Assembly: GCF_009914755.1 (NCBI RefSeq)
Contig: NC_060926.1
Strand: one strand, 5' to 3'
Source: the human T2T-CHM13v2.0 reference genome, Homo sapiens
DNA length: 64,000 nucleotides
This document shows, piece by piece, positions 30,480-45,175 of the stretch; positions within the stretch are counted from its first letter, which is position 1; each line of letters opens with the position of its first letter. The notes under the pieces were generated by a model. The model saw only the letters and a program-made list of their open reading frames with translations, was not told where the DNA came from and made no database searches. The translations under genes and the position numbers were made by a program.

Positions 30480-31055
30480 CAACATGATCTCTCTAAAATG
30501 TCAAACTAATCATGTTCCTCTCCTGCTGAAAACACTTCAATGATTCTCCACTGCTTTTAGAATCAAGTTCAAATTCCTTCATGTAACACAAGCATCCTTT
30601 GTGATCTGACCCCGGGTAGCTCTCCAGCCTCAGGCCCTGCCTCTCCCCTGCTGTGCCCTTTTCCCTGTCTGCATTGAGGTGCTTGAATAGCATGCTACTT
30701 CAGTTCTCCCTACTTTTACCTATGACTTTCCTTCTCCATGGAGCATTCCTGCTAGTTGTCTTTAGAAATTGTATAGCTCACTGCTACCTGTCACTCTGAA
30801 ATTGCCTTCTATGCAAAGCAGTTATGTCTGACTTTGAACAAGATGCCCCCTCCTCTATGCTTCCCCTAACATATCTACCTCTTTCTTGGAGCTCGTTACA
30901 CTTGGCAGTAATCATACTTTCATTTATCTCTGTCCTCTATTAGACTGAAATCACATGAGATTGTACTACAGCTTATGAAATTTACATAGTCGTAGTCTAC
31001 TCTATGCTGTTTTGGTGAAAATCGAGTTCTTGGCACATAATAGGTGATCCATTCG
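30480..31055 (+). mobile_element. L2 3' region
   Basis: atcatgttcctctcctgctgaaaacacttcaatg...tagactg...tggcacataataggtg. Confidence 0.65.
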
Positions 31056-31254
31056 TAACATTAATGATTATTTATCTTACAAATCTCATGGTTTCCATTA
31101 AAGTGTTTCAAACATATTTAAATGATGATATAATTATTAGAAGTAGTACATAGACTCCCCTGCAGACTACTTGCAGAGAAGCACCATTTGTGCATACACA
31201 TAAGTTCTTTTTTGTTGCTGTTAAAAAATTACCTTACTGGATTCTGGTATAAAA

Positions 31255-32085
31255 TGATATCTGATGAAGAAAGGAGTAGTGGAATATAACCCTAAGTGTA
31301 AAACAAATATTGGTGTATATATATCCTGAGTATATAAATATATTGAGATAAATAAACACATAAACAGAGAGAAGAGACAAATATCCCATACAAAAGAATT
31401 CTAAATAATATATGTAGATAATTCCTCTTCAAGGAGGTGGAGCATAACTCCCCACTCCTTAGGTGTGAGCTGTGCATAGTGACTTCCTTCTAAAGACTAC
31501 AGTGTAGAAAGAGGAAAAAAGAGTAACTGTACATTGGGGAAACCTGACAAACACTACTTCCACCAGACGATCAAGGTTAACATCAATCATGGTAAGTCAT
31601 TTTGATAGTATGTCCCCTTGATATGATGTGATTAAAATGGCACTTAACCTCTGTGCCTTCCTCCCCCAAACCCATAATTTTGGTGTAATCGTGAGGAAAA
31701 CATTGAACAAATTCTAATAGAGGGAAACTCTACAAAATACCTGACCAGTTTGCTCGAGACTGTCAAGGTCAACAAAATTGAAAAGTATGAAAAAGTATCA
31801 CAGCCAGGGAGAGTCTAAGGAGACATGATGAATCAATGTAATAGGGTATCCTGAATGAGATCCTGGTACAAAAAGGGGATATTTGGTTAAGATTAAGGAA
31901 ATATGAATCAAGTATGGACTTTAGTTGATAATAATATAGCAATATGGTTCATTAATTATAACAAATGTACCATATCTTAATAGAGGAAACTGGGTATGAG
32001 GTATAAGGGAACTCTCTGTACTATCTTCCCAATTTTTCTGTAAATCTAAACTGTCGTAAAATATAAAGTTTATTTCTAAAAAATG
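31255..32085 (+). mobile_element. Old L1 3' end (L1MC/L1MD-like)
   Basis: tcaaggaggtggagcataactccccactcctt...aaacctgacaaacactac...gaactctctgtactatctt...gtaaatctaaa. Confidence 0.8.
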
Positions 32086-32776
32086 ATACCTCACGGCTGA
32101 TTCTCCATGTAAGTTCTCCCACTTTCCACAGAATACCTAAATGAAAACCTAGAAACCATCAATAACTAAAACTGATAACCTACTACTAGAATATGAGAAG
32201 AATTTTCACCAAGTATAAGGCAGATGCAGCTGGACTCAGAAAAATAACTAGTAGCTTAACCATGCTTTATCTCCACCCCCAAAATGAAGCAGTCCCCCTT
32301 GGTCTGAAAGAAGATGGGAAGGCATTGTTCTGAAAGCAGTCTCCAGAAGGCAGTGTTCCTTTCTGTACTGTCTGAGCTCTCATTCAGAGACCCAGGATCT
32401 GTGCTAACCAGAAAATTAACCAGTTCACCTTCTACTGAATGGTAGCTGTTTTTGAAGTATTCGCTTTCATCTTGTGGGAAAGAGTCACTGCAAATAAAGC
32501 ACTGTATGATGGTGGGGGGTGGGGGATGTTATAATATAAATAACTACTACTTTTGACATTATATGAACACAGTGGTAAAGATTTTACTGGCGTTAATTCA
32601 CTTCATCGTTATTAACAATCCCACAAGGTTGGGAAGTGAGAACAATGAAGCACAGAGAAATTGACCTGCCCTGAGATGCACAGGTAAAAAAGTAGCACAG
32701 CTGAAATTAAAATCCTAATAGTCTCAGAACAAAGGTTAAAAAAAAACCTTAAGAATAATCCTAACAGTCTAATTAA

Positions 32777-33075
<299 letters not shown>

Positions 33076-33759
33076 CTAACAGTCTAATTTTAAAGCCTGC
33101 CCTTTTAATCACCTAACTGTAGTTCATTCAAAAACCCTCGTAGCAGCGTATGCTGAGGATTGAGATTCTTGTACTTTAATTATGATTTTTATTTGTATTT
33201 TACTATACTTGATCCACTCAACAAACATTTCCTACATGCCTACTGTGTGCTGCTGGTACTGGGCACATAATGGTGAACCAGACCCATAGACATATTTCTA
33301 TACATAAGGGATCCAGAATCCACTGAGACCTGATGGGGGGAAGAATATTCCATCTCAGCCTAGCAGGAGTACACTAGATCTATGTCTACATGCTAGATGC
33401 TGAGAATCAGCCTAGTAACTAAATATTAGTACATAAGTTTGCTCCCCTTTTGTATATCTAACCAAGGAGATTCAACAGGACATAAGTGGACCACAAAAGA
33501 GCTCAGGGGCAACCCCAAAGTCTTGCCTGTTGGCAAACACTGCAGTCCAAGGGAAGGAGAGAAGCACCCTAAAAACCCAGAGAGAATGTTTTAATACATC
33601 TGATAATTGTTTCATGCATGCAACCTTTTAGAAATCTTATGCTTAGTATCTTCAAAGATACAAGAAGAAAGAGCATCATTGAAAGTGGATCAGAAAACCA
33701 TATAGGCAAAATATGTTTGAATGAAATTTATAAAACAAACAGAAGAATGAGTTAACATA

Positions 33760-34050
33760 GTTCAACTGTCACTTGCTCAGGGTGGTCTCTCCTGAATGTA
33801 TCCACAGTAGCCCCATATTTTTAGTCACTTTTTATTAAAACATCCTGCTTTATTTTCTTTATGATACAGTATAATAAATTTATCTTGCTAATTTATTTGT
33901 TTACTTGTCTACTGCCTGTCTTACTAGAATATAAGGTTCATGACAATATGAATACTGTTTGATTTTTAACTGCTGAGTCCTCGGTATGGAGAATGGTGAC
34001 TACCAAAAAGTAGAAGCTCAACAAACATTTACTCAGTGAATGAATATATA
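33760..34050 (+). mobile_element. L2 3' end
   Basis: ctagaatataaggttcatga...gctcaacaaacatttactcagtgaatgaat. Confidence 0.7.
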
Positions 34051-34149
34051 GACAACAACAGAGATGGTTAAAATGTGGAACAGTTTCAAGAGAACTCAAA
34101 TTATAATAGCAGAATTTAAGCCCACATTGGAGTTAATAAATATTTTTTA

Positions 34150-35345
34150 AATGCAAGAGCTCAGAATCAACAATCAATGGAAAAGAATGCAGAACAGAAA
34201 TGGGCCAACACTTATTTTTTAAACAATGGTGCCAAAGTGATCCCATGGAAAAAGAAGAACTTTTTAATAAATGATAAATATTTTATTTAAAAATGAACCT
34301 CAATGGCTATCAAGATGAATCATAGAGCAAAATGTAAAAGCTAAACCCAAAAAAGCTTTTAGAGGAGAAAACAGTACAATATATTCTTGATTTGTGGGTA
34401 GGCAAAGGTTTCTTAGATCACTAATAGCAATAAGCTTTAAATTAAAAAACTGATAAATTAGACTTCATCAAAGCTAAAAAGACACCATGAAAAAATCTTA
34501 TCAAAAGACACCATGAAAAAATGAATAAGCAAGCTGCAAATTGGGTGAAAATATTGACAATACATATATCTGACCAGGGACTAGTATCCAGGATGTATAA
34601 AGAACTCTTCCAGTCAACAATAAAAAGACAAGCAATCCTATTAAAAGTGGGCAAAAAAATTGGACAGCTCACAAAAGAAGACATCCAAATGGTAAATAAG
34701 CACATAGAAAAAGAGTACAACATTTTTAGTCATAAGGGAAATGAAAATTAAAGCCACAATAGAATATTATGCACTTACCAGAATGACTAAAATTAAAATC
34801 AATGATAGCATTAAATACTGGTGAGACTGCAGAACAACTAAGACTTTCATAGTTACTTGATAGAAATGTACAATGGTATAGCCACTTTGGAAAAATATAT
34901 ACCTGGAAGTTCTTATAAAACTAAACACATACTGACCTTTTGACCAAGTAATACTAGGTATTAGCCCAAGAGAAATCATAGCATATGTTCACAAAAATAC
35001 TTATACAAAAATGTTCATAGCAGCTTTATTCACACAGCCCCAAAATGGAAATAGCCAAAGTATTGATCAAGAGGAGAATGGATAAACTATGGTATAATCA
35101 TATAATAAAATGTTACTTAGCAATTAAAAACATCAAAGTTATATACCCAACCTGGACAAACTTCATATGCATTATGGTGGTTGAAAGAAGCCTTACCTAA
35201 AAGAGTACATATTGTATAACTGAATTTACATGAAATTCTAGAACAGGTAGAATTATGGTGGAAAGAATCAGAACACTGGTTGTGTCTGGGGGTAGCAGTG
35301 ATATCCTGGGGACGGAGCAAAAGGGAACTTTCTGGGGTGATAATA
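34150..35345 (+). mobile_element. Old L1ME/MC ORF2 3' part and 3'UTR
   Basis: ORF 34521-34751 (MNKQAANWVKI..SDQGLVSRMYKEL) is L1 ORF2-like. Confidence 0.8.
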
Positions 35346-35874
35346 TATCAAGACATTTTTCCTATTGAAAAATAACAAAATTGTTGTTTTAAGCTAATAC
35401 ATTTTGGGGCATTTTGATATGCAAGATTAGATTACCAAAACAAAAAGATTATGCCTAACCAAATGTTATGAATACAGGTATATTCATACTGCAAAAGCAC
35501 TTGTATAAATTTAAAAATTTGCTAATGAAAATGTAACTAAAAATCTACAATACATGAACAAAAACTAGGAAACTATAGGGAAAGTGCATACTCCAATTCT
35601 TTTTTTATATAGTAAGAAATTAAAAGATACTCATTCATTTTTGTCTTGAGAAATATTGATTAAAGAATGCTTTTGTAAAAAAAAGATAACAAATAATTTT
35701 CACTTCAAGTAAGGACTAAAAGAAACTAAGCAAAATATAGTCCAAATAGTAAAATTCAGGAAAAGCAAAGCATAAGAAAGTAGAAGCTCAGATAGAATAA
35801 GATGAAATAATAGATATAAAGCAAAATCCCTCATTAAAAGCAGAATCTTAGATTAGATAAAAAATTATATTCAG

Positions 35875-37700
35875 AGCAGTGAGATTATGTCACTTATAAA
35901 AAAAATCTCCTAACAACAACAACAACAACAACAACAAAAAGACCAGGAGCAGATGGATTCACAGCTGAATTCTACCAAGCATACAAATAACTAATACCAA
36001 TCCTCCTGAAACTATTCAAAAAAATCAAAGAGGGAATTCTTCCTAACACTTTCTACAAGGCCAGTATAACCCAGATACCAAAGCCAGACAAAGACACAAC
36101 AAAACAAGAAAATTACAGACCAATATCCCTGATGAACATAGACACAAAAATCTTCAACAAAATACTAGCAAATCAAATCCAATAGCACATCAAAAAGATA
36201 ATATACCATGATCAGGTGAGATTTATCTCAGGGATGTGAGAATAGTTCAACATATGCAAATCAACAAGTGTGATACATCACACAAACAGAATTAAAAACA
36301 AAAACCATAAGATCATCTCAAAACATGCAGAAAAAGCATTCAATAAAATTCAGCATCCCTTCATGATAAAAATTCTCAACAAATCAGACATAGAAGGAAC
36401 ATACCTCAACATAATAAAAGCCATACACAACAAATTCACAGCCAACATCATACTCAATGGAGAAAAGTTGAAAGCATTCCCTCTAAGAACTGGAACAAGA
36501 CAAGGATAACCATATGCAGAAGAATGAAACTGGACCCATATTTCTCACTATAGATAAAAATGAACTCAAGACTGATTAAAGACCTAAATGTAAGACCTCA
36601 AATTATAAAAATCTCAGACAAAATCCTAGGGAGGACTCTTCTGGACATTGGCCTAGGCAAAGAATTTATGACCAAGCCCTCAAAAGCAAAGGCAACAAAA
36701 ACAAAAATAGACAAATGAGACTGAAGCTAAAACCTTCCTCTACAGGAAAAAAAAATCAACAAAGTAAACAAACAACCCACAGAATGGGCAAAAAGTTTCC
36801 AAATTATGCATCTGACAAAAGGCTAACATCCAGAATCCATAAGGAACTCAAATAATTCAATAAGAAAAACAAGTAACCTCATTAAAAAGTGGGGAAAGGA
36901 CATGTAAGCCGGCAACAAATACATGAAAAAAATGCTTGACATCACTAATCATCAGAGAAATTCAAATTAAAACCACAATGAGATACCATTTTACACCAGT
37001 TATAATAGCTATTATTAAAAAGTCAAAAAACAACAGATATTGGCAAGGAGGCGGAGAAAAGGTAATACTTATATGCTGTTGATAGGAATTAGTAAATCTT
37101 TATGAAAAACAGTATGGAGATTTCTCAAAGAACTAAAAACAGAACTACCATTCAATCCAGTAATCCTACTACTAGGTATATCCCCAAAAAGAAATAAATC
37201 ATTATATAATAAAGATACCTGCACCCATATATTTATCACAGCACTATTCATAATATCAAAGATATGGAATCAACATAAATGTCCATCAGTATAAGACTGG
37301 AGAGAAAGAAAATGTTATATATATATCCACATAATGGAATACTATTCTGCCATAAAAAAGAATGAAACTATGTCTTTTGCAGTAACATAGATGGAACTGG
37401 AGGCCATTGTCTTAACTGAAATAATTCAGAAACAGAAAAGGCAAATAACATATGCTCTCACTTATAAGTTGGAGCTAAAGAATGGGTACACATGGACATA
37501 CAGAGTAGATTAATAGACATGGAAGGCTACAAAAGGTGGGAGGTTGGGAGCGGGTGAGAATTGAAAAATTACCTATTAGATACAATGTTCACTATTAGGG
37601 TGATGGATACACTAAAAGCTGGCTCACCACTACATAATATATCCATGTAAGAAATCTGCACTTGTACTCCCTAAATATATTTTTTAATTAAAAAATATAT
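35875..37700 (+). mobile_element. 5'-truncated L1PB-like element with internal deletion
   Basis: gatggattcacagctgaattctacc RT region. 3' end tacactaaaagc...tatatccatgtaa...ctgcacttgtac. Confidence 0.88.
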
Positions 37701-38379
37701 ATATATTTAGATGTATGTAGTTTACAAAAAAATGCCTAAAACAAAATGACCCAGAAATAAAAAATAAAATAAATAGATGAGTCAGGAATTATTGTTTTAA
37801 ATATATATCCTTAAGAAGGATTTACCTAAAACCCCAGTAGAGGTTATGTCCCCTCTCAGATGCTCTTATGGCATCCTGTATTTTCTCCTTACAAGAATTT
37901 ATCACAACTATTACTATATTCTGGTTTCCATGATTTTTTTTTCAGTTTGCCTCCACATTCTAAGCTCTTTAAGGCAGAAATAAACCTGCTTTGCTCACTG
38001 CCTTATTTCCAGTGCCCAACACAATGCTTAGAAATAGGAAATTTTCACTGAATGACTGTATTCCAGAAAAGGAGTAAAATAAAAGAGAAAGCACAGATAA
38101 CAACATTAATTTCAAACTAAGTCGATTCCAAGGTCAAATCAATGAAGTAAAAGGGTAATCTTAAATCTATAAAAGAAACACCTCATGTTCTTGAACCTGT
38201 TTTTGCAAATAATATGGAATAAAAATGTATAAAACAAGAAATATTAACAATTCAAGGAGAGGGATAGATGATAGACTAAAAATATGTTTATATTCCTTCC
38301 TGACAAAATATCATGAAATTACCAAAATGCTAATATCTGATACATTCAGATCAGTAGTGGAAAATAGAAAGGATTGGCC

Positions 38380-39900
38380 AGTGGTTTCAATTTATGGTTA
38401 GGTAAAGAAGATCTCAAAAGATTATCACTGCCTTCATAACAAGAAAAAAGAGACAAAGCAAAAATCATACTTCATTTTAAAGCTGTCAAAGAGTGAATGT
38501 GAGACAAAGAGAAGTCTAAACAAATAAAATTCCAGTCAAGAGAAGCCTTTTATAGACCAATAAAAAGCAGTGACTGCTTCCATATCTGGGACCAATTGGT
38601 TACATAGTGGAGAGATGAGCCTGCCATCATAGAGCAACTCCTAAAAGGAGAAAAACTAGCAATTTTTCAAATGATAGTATGGGTTGGCAAACAGACTCTT
38701 ATCTAGAAGAGCCACAAATGCAAAAGTAAACCTCTTGGCTTGAAAATTCTCTGCCACAGGAATTTGCTGTGAAATTGATGATGAGTGCAGAGCCAGAAAA
38801 CTGAAATCTTACATTCTTGCACATGAATTTGGCTGGAGTTGATGCCAAAGAGAACTGAAATGAACTCTAGCTGCAATTCAAACCCCTCCCAGCTCAAATC
38901 CTGATTGTGACCAGTTACTCAATGCAGCCTGGGTAGTTGGGATTGGGTTGAAGGGCAAAGGGAAATCTTCATAATCTCTTTTTAAAGCAGAAATAAACTG
39001 AAACTAATAAAAAGCTTCAGCCAATCCCCAGCTAAAGCATTGCAGATGGTCAAATTTTTATGATCAGCCTCTCATTCTAGCTGTCTGACATTTTTAAAAA
39101 ATCACATATCCTCTTTATGAGAAATAGAACTAAACAAAAGATTTTATTTAGTTCAAACAAATCTAGTAAAAATATTATTTACTTTTGTCCTTCTATACAA
39201 CATGTTTGATATGCAATAAATACTTATGAATACATGCAAAGAAGCAGAAAAATGTGACCTAAAATCAAGAGAAGAAATAATCAATACAGGCAGACTTACA
39301 GATGCCCTTGATGTTAGAATTAAAGACCAAGAATACGAAATAACAATTATAAAGAATTATGTGTTAAAAATTTATAGAAGAAATTTTAGAATATATAGAA
39401 AAATTTATAGAAGAAAAGGTGGATATAATTAATAACAGTTGGTAAGTTTCTGCAGAGAAATAAAACCTTAAAAAGGAACCAAGTCAAAATTTATAGAACT
39501 GAAAAATGTCAGAGTGCCAGAGAACTGTGGGCCAATATCATTTGATTCAACATATACGTAACTGGGTCCAGAAAGAGAGAGAGAATAGGAAAAAATAAGT
39601 ATTTGAAAAGATATTAGCCAAGTATTTTCTGAAATCAATGAAAGTTATCAACTCTTAGATCCAAGAAACTCGGCGAACACCAAGCATAAGAAACATAAAG
39701 TAAAACACATTTATGTACATCATAGTCAAATGACTGAAAAACAAAGATCTAAAAGGAAATGTTAAAAGCAGTAAAGAAAAAAACCCATTACATTTAGGGG
39801 AACAACAAAAATAATGGCAGAGTTTTCACTAGTAACAACGGAAGCCAAAAGACAGTGGTATCTTAAAAGGGCTGAAAGAAAGAAAAAACTGTCAATCCAA
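38380..39900 (+). mobile_element. Old L1M 5' region / ORF1 remnant
   Basis: gaactgtgggccaatatc...atttgaaaagatattagcc...agatccaagaaactcggcgaacaccaagc...catcatagtcaaa. The 5' limit is uncertain. Confidence 0.6.
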
Positions 39901-40012
39901 ATGATAAGGTAGTTAGCTTTAAGCAGTAAGTTACCACTGATTTGATTTCTTCTAAATACTTTTTACATTTTCTATAACAATTGCATTGTTCTTATAATTT
40001 AAAAACATTTTT

Positions 40013-40339
<327 letters not shown>

Positions 40340-41451
40340 TAAAAGAACAACTAAGACAAATATTGTATATGGGTTACACTTAGTATACAAGAATCCTCAG
40401 AAAACTATCTGACTAATCTTTATCCTCATACCAAATATCTACACGATTACTACTGTTTTCACTAGTCTTTGTAAAATATTTATATATGAAGATTAACTAA
40501 AAAACAGTTTTTATGTGTCAATAGCCCTTTTATAAAGAGATTAAAAGTAAGAAACAATCACATCTCTTGGGGTAGGTGAGAAAACATTAATGAAAGACGT
40601 GAAATTTGAGGTTTGTTAGAAAATACTTTAAGGAAATGGAGAAAAGTTTCAGAATAAAAATTTCAAGATATATTTGAGAAACACAAATAAATCTAGGTTT
40701 TTTCATGGAGGGATGAAGCGAGATATTGATGTCAATAGTGGAGAATCTTGAAAGATCTAATTTGTAGGCAATGGAAAAAAATATTTACCTAATCTAACAT
40801 GTTTTGAGTAAAGAAGAATTTACAAATGAGAACAATTCTGTATCTACTGGTGTGCTACATTTGGATTTCTAATTGACAGCTTGGTATTCCTTGTACCTGT
40901 GAATCAACATGAGTAGATAGTTATCATTTGGACAATCACTAGATCATTGTCTGACAGTAACTTGGTCTGAAAAAATTATTTTGGTAGATAAAAGGATGTT
41001 TAAGTGGAACTCTTCCTGAGTTTATAACTTAGAACAACAGGTACTATATTCTAAAGGTACATGCTAAGCCATAGGACTTGGAAAGAAAATGCCCCAAACT
41101 AGGTCTACCTCCTCCAAGCTGAGCTGCTCACTGTTCATCTCTGAATTGTGTAAGAAAAGGGTAACAGTTTATGAGAGAGCCTTATATGGAAGATTTCTTA
41201 GCTAGGGTTTCTTAAAGCTTCCTTCTACAGAACTACTTGGAGAACCTAATATGTATTTGCCCAGGATGTGACATGCTAGCAGACACTGGTAGCTGATCCA
41301 TACCTAAAAATTCTAAAGGTTAGTGGACAGAAGGAAGAGAGTGGAGTGCTACATTGAGGGGACCTGTGTTTGTACAATTTAATGAGCAAAGACTCATTAA
41401 ATTGAGTGAGTTTTCCCCTGACCCAAAAAGACCCATGAAAAATAATCAGAC

Positions 41452-41925
41452 CATGGAAGCAACCCTAGTATCCACTAATGTGTGAATGGATAAACAAAAT
41501 GTGGTATATACTTACAATGGAATATTATTCAAGCCTTAAAAATGAAGGAAATTCTTACACATGCTGCAACCTTAATGAACCTGGAAGACATGCCAAGGGA
41601 AATAAGCCAGTCACAAAAGGACAAATATTGCATGATTCTATTTATATGAGGTAGCTAGAGTAGTCAAATTCATAGACATAAAGTAGAATGGCAGTTGCCA
41701 CAGGCTGAAGAGAGGGGAGTGGGGAGTTAGTGTCTCATGGGTACAGAGTTTCAGTTTGGGAAGATGAAAAAGTTCTGGAGATGGATAGTGGTGATGGTTG
41801 CACAACAACGTGAATGTACTTAGTACTACTGAACTTTACACTTAAAAACAGTTAAAGTCATAAATTTCATGTGTTTATTTTACCACTCTTTTAAAGCAAC
41901 AACAAAAACAAAAACAACAAAAAAT
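41452..41925 (+). mobile_element. L1MB (L1MB3-like) 3' end
   Basis: gggtacagagtttcagtttgggaagatgaaaaagttctggagatggatagtggtgatggttgcacaac. Confidence 0.88.
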
Positions 41926-42320
41926 AACCTTCACCAAGAGGACTGCCTAGAGAAGTGAGCTGACCCCCACAGAGGGAGGGTCAGGATGGGCCAGTGGAAG
42001 CCAGGAATGAGAATGGATTATAAGCTGTTAGTCAGGAGAGGCAAACCCACAAGTAATTGCTAACAGGAGATTCCCAGCCAGGCAGTTATCTGAAGAATTT
42101 ATAAAAGCAGCTCATTACAAAAAGAAAATGTTGGTGTCTGACACAGATGGCCCTGAAATCAAGTTAGGAAATCCTAAGACTTTGCCCTTTCATCCTACCT
42201 CCCTCTTGAGCCCTGTACCTGAATTGGGAGATAAGGTGAAGTGAGGAAGAGTAAAGAAGCTATGACTGTGTCTCTCTCCTGACTACAGGCTTCTAAATGA
42301 AGGGAAGGGAAGAAGCTCAG

Positions 42321-42368
42321 AGACAATTTAACATCTGTGTGTGCAGACAATTTAACATCTGTGTGTGC
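42321..42368 (+). repeat. Perfect 24-bp tandem duplication
   Basis: agacaatttaacatctgtgtgtgc x2. Confidence 0.95.
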
Positions 42369-42867
42369 CAAAAAAGTGGTGGAATGGTACTAGACAGTTT
42401 ATACAGGAGTGGGGATGATTGATTCAACAGAGTAAGTTTAAAGGAAGAAGAGTGAGAAAGAATGAAGTGGCATTCTACTTGTAGTCTCTGAGTCTAGCCC
42501 TTTCATCCAGTGAGAGAAAATCTTTCCTCGGAGCTTAGAAGATTCCTGATGAAAGAATCACTGCTTCCACTTCTCTCCTTCTCCCTTACCTTCAGGAAGT
42601 CAGATTGGCTTCTTCATCCTCATCTAAGGATATATCCCATGGAAGATGGTATCTAGGAAGAGGTCTACCATCCTCCCCAAATAAAAGCGCAACTCTGTAT
42701 CTGTACCCATGGCTTATGAAGGAGGAAGGGAATACGAGCTGATGTTATGCCAGTCTGTGGTCAGCAAGACTGCCACTAAGAGTGACTGTCAATTCTCCCA
42801 ACATAGCCCAAGCTTTTCCATTCCAGAATGTTGTCAGGGCAGACAAAATGATTATTTGTGGTGGGAT

Positions 42868-43540
42868 GCATTCATTTATTCCATATACTTTTATTGAGTA
42901 CCAATTATATATAGAATACTGAAAAGAATAAAAGCTAGATAAGACATGATCACACACTTCAAGGCACATATGTTTCAGCAGAGGTAAACATACAGACTTA
43001 CAATTAATGACAATGTAGGGCAAACAGGAACAAAAAAGCTTTGGGATTAGAAATTTTTATAGAGGAGATTACATTTACATTGTGCTTTGAATGATGGGAA
43101 CATTTTGAGTGGATATGGCATAATTGAAACAGAGAATGACAAAAGTGGAGGGGAGGTTAGAGCAGAGATCAGATGGCAGAGAAACAGGTAGCTGGTCTTC
43201 AGACTATGACATCATTGGGTTTGTAAGTAGCATATAATACTCTTGAGAAGAGAAATGAGAGCCAGGGGTAGGAAAGTTTGGTATGAGATTTCTGAGGGCC
43301 TCAAAGGCCAGGACATTTGTTCTTTAATAGGTAATGGGGGAGTAATTTAAGGTCTATGAGTGGGTGAGTGATGAAATCTAAAATATGTTTTAGGAAGAAC
43401 AAGTAGAAGGCTATTGCAATTGTCCAGTGCAGAGGTAATGGAGCCCTTAAGTAGGATGGTTGCTGTCACAATTGGAAAGGCAGAAATAGATGGGAGAGGC
43501 TTTGGGGAGGTAGAATAAAAGAGGCTTGGATCCTGATAGC
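42868..43540 (-). mobile_element. L2 fragment
   Basis: cattcattt..ttattgagtacc..., ggctattgcaattgtccagtgcagaggtaatg. Confidence 0.6.
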
Positions 43541-44679
43541 ATATGCCTTTTTCTTACTCTCTGTCAAACCCTCATTTCTTCCCTCTTCTGATCCTAAAGC
43601 TGTATGCAGTGTCCCTTAGCACACAGACTTATATTTTCTGGCAAATTTCTCTTCAGTATTAGGTAAGGCTTCATTTGCAGTAACTGTGAAAGACACCCCA
43701 AAGGACAGTTCCTGATGTTCAAAATGAGGAAGTTATATTCTACATCTACATTTTTATTTTATTTTTCTCTGTATTGTGGCTTTTAGAAAAAGGTTCCTCC
43801 TTTTACCTAAGAATTTCTACTCTCAGAAAATATGAACCTACATTAGCATAGCTCTTCTGAAGCTCTTGGTCATATAGAATGGAAATCAGGATCATGAAAT
43901 TAAAGTTATTAAAATGATAGTAAATGCCTCTCTTTGTTCCATTATTCAGCTTTAAGAGCATTTCTGCTCTCTAAGAGCCTTAAAGTATTAATTTTATATA
44001 TTTAGGACAAAGGATTTTAACAATAGAATTGTATAATTAAATTACAAGAAATTAAGAAAAACAGTCATCAAAATAATTGAGTTGATAATTCAATTGTTAA
44101 ACAAAATCCAGATAATGTATTAGTCACTCCAATTTTTAAAGGCTAGAACAGTAGAAAATGTTTTGTATGCTTACATTTCTATTTCTCACCATGTGTGGAT
44201 TATGGCTGAAATAAGCTGAAGTTGCCAATATGTGACAACAGGGAAAGGACTGCCTTGCATGGTAAGTCTTTTGGGGAAGCTTTGTCCTTGGAGATGTCTA
44301 GCTTTTAAAGACCTGTTCTGTTTCTGACATGGTAAATTTTGTATTTCTATGCCCTAGACTTTTCTGCAGATACATGTATAGTAACACAGGCTACAGACAA
44401 TGGGCCTGCATTGAGCAAACACTGGTGCCCTGGAGCAGCTGCACTTGCGATGCTTCTGGGATGTTCAGTGGTGTGACCAAACAGCATGTATCAAAGAACT
44501 AGGAAACAGGCAATCTGTTTTCAGCTCTGACTTTAAGCAGGTAGTAATTTTCCTGATAAAACAGGCGAAAAAATTATAGCTCCCCAGTCAGCATAGTCTT
44601 ACAAGAAATCTTGGGCTAAGTAGACAAAACTCAATGAAGATTAAGGACTCCAAATGCACTGGTTGGTAAGAACAACTAA

Positions 44680-44985
44680 CTTTTATTAAGTACCAGTTGT
44701 AACTAAACACTCTTTCTAAACACTTTCCCTGTAATTTTTTTGTAACTGTTAAAACAGGCTTGAAAATTTTTTTTTAACTTATAATTTTTGTAGGTACATA
44801 GTAGGTATATATATTTATGGGGAAAACAGGCTTCTTATACCCATTTAACATATGAATAAAACAAGATTGAGAGGTTAAGTAGCTTGCCCAAGGTCAATAG
44901 CTACTGAACCAGGATTCAAGCCTAACTAAACTGATCAGGCTAATACTAAAATCGACACTTTAAATCTTCTCCCTATGCTGCCTTT
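44680..44985 (-). mobile_element. MIR carrying a tiny L1 insertion
   Basis: cccattt...gagaggttaagtagcttgcccaaggtca...ccaggattcaa. Confidence 0.75.
44762..44822 (-). mobile_element. 61-bp extreme 5'-truncated L1MA 3' tip
   Basis: Reverse reads ccccataaatatatatacctactatgtacc.acaaaaatt plus A tail. TSD aaaacaggctt at 44751-44761 and 44823-44833. Confidence 0.8.
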
Positions 44986-45175
44986 TGCATGGATAAAGTT
45001 AGCAACCTCCTTCTGCAGGGGACACTGACACAAAGCAAGATCTGCATTAAAAGTGTACTTAAAGCAATGAAGTTTCTGGTTTAGAAATAGGTAGATCAAT
45101 GGGACAAAGTAACATGTAAAGAAATATACTTGAATATATATAAGAATTTATATAATTTAATGCGGTATTTCAACT

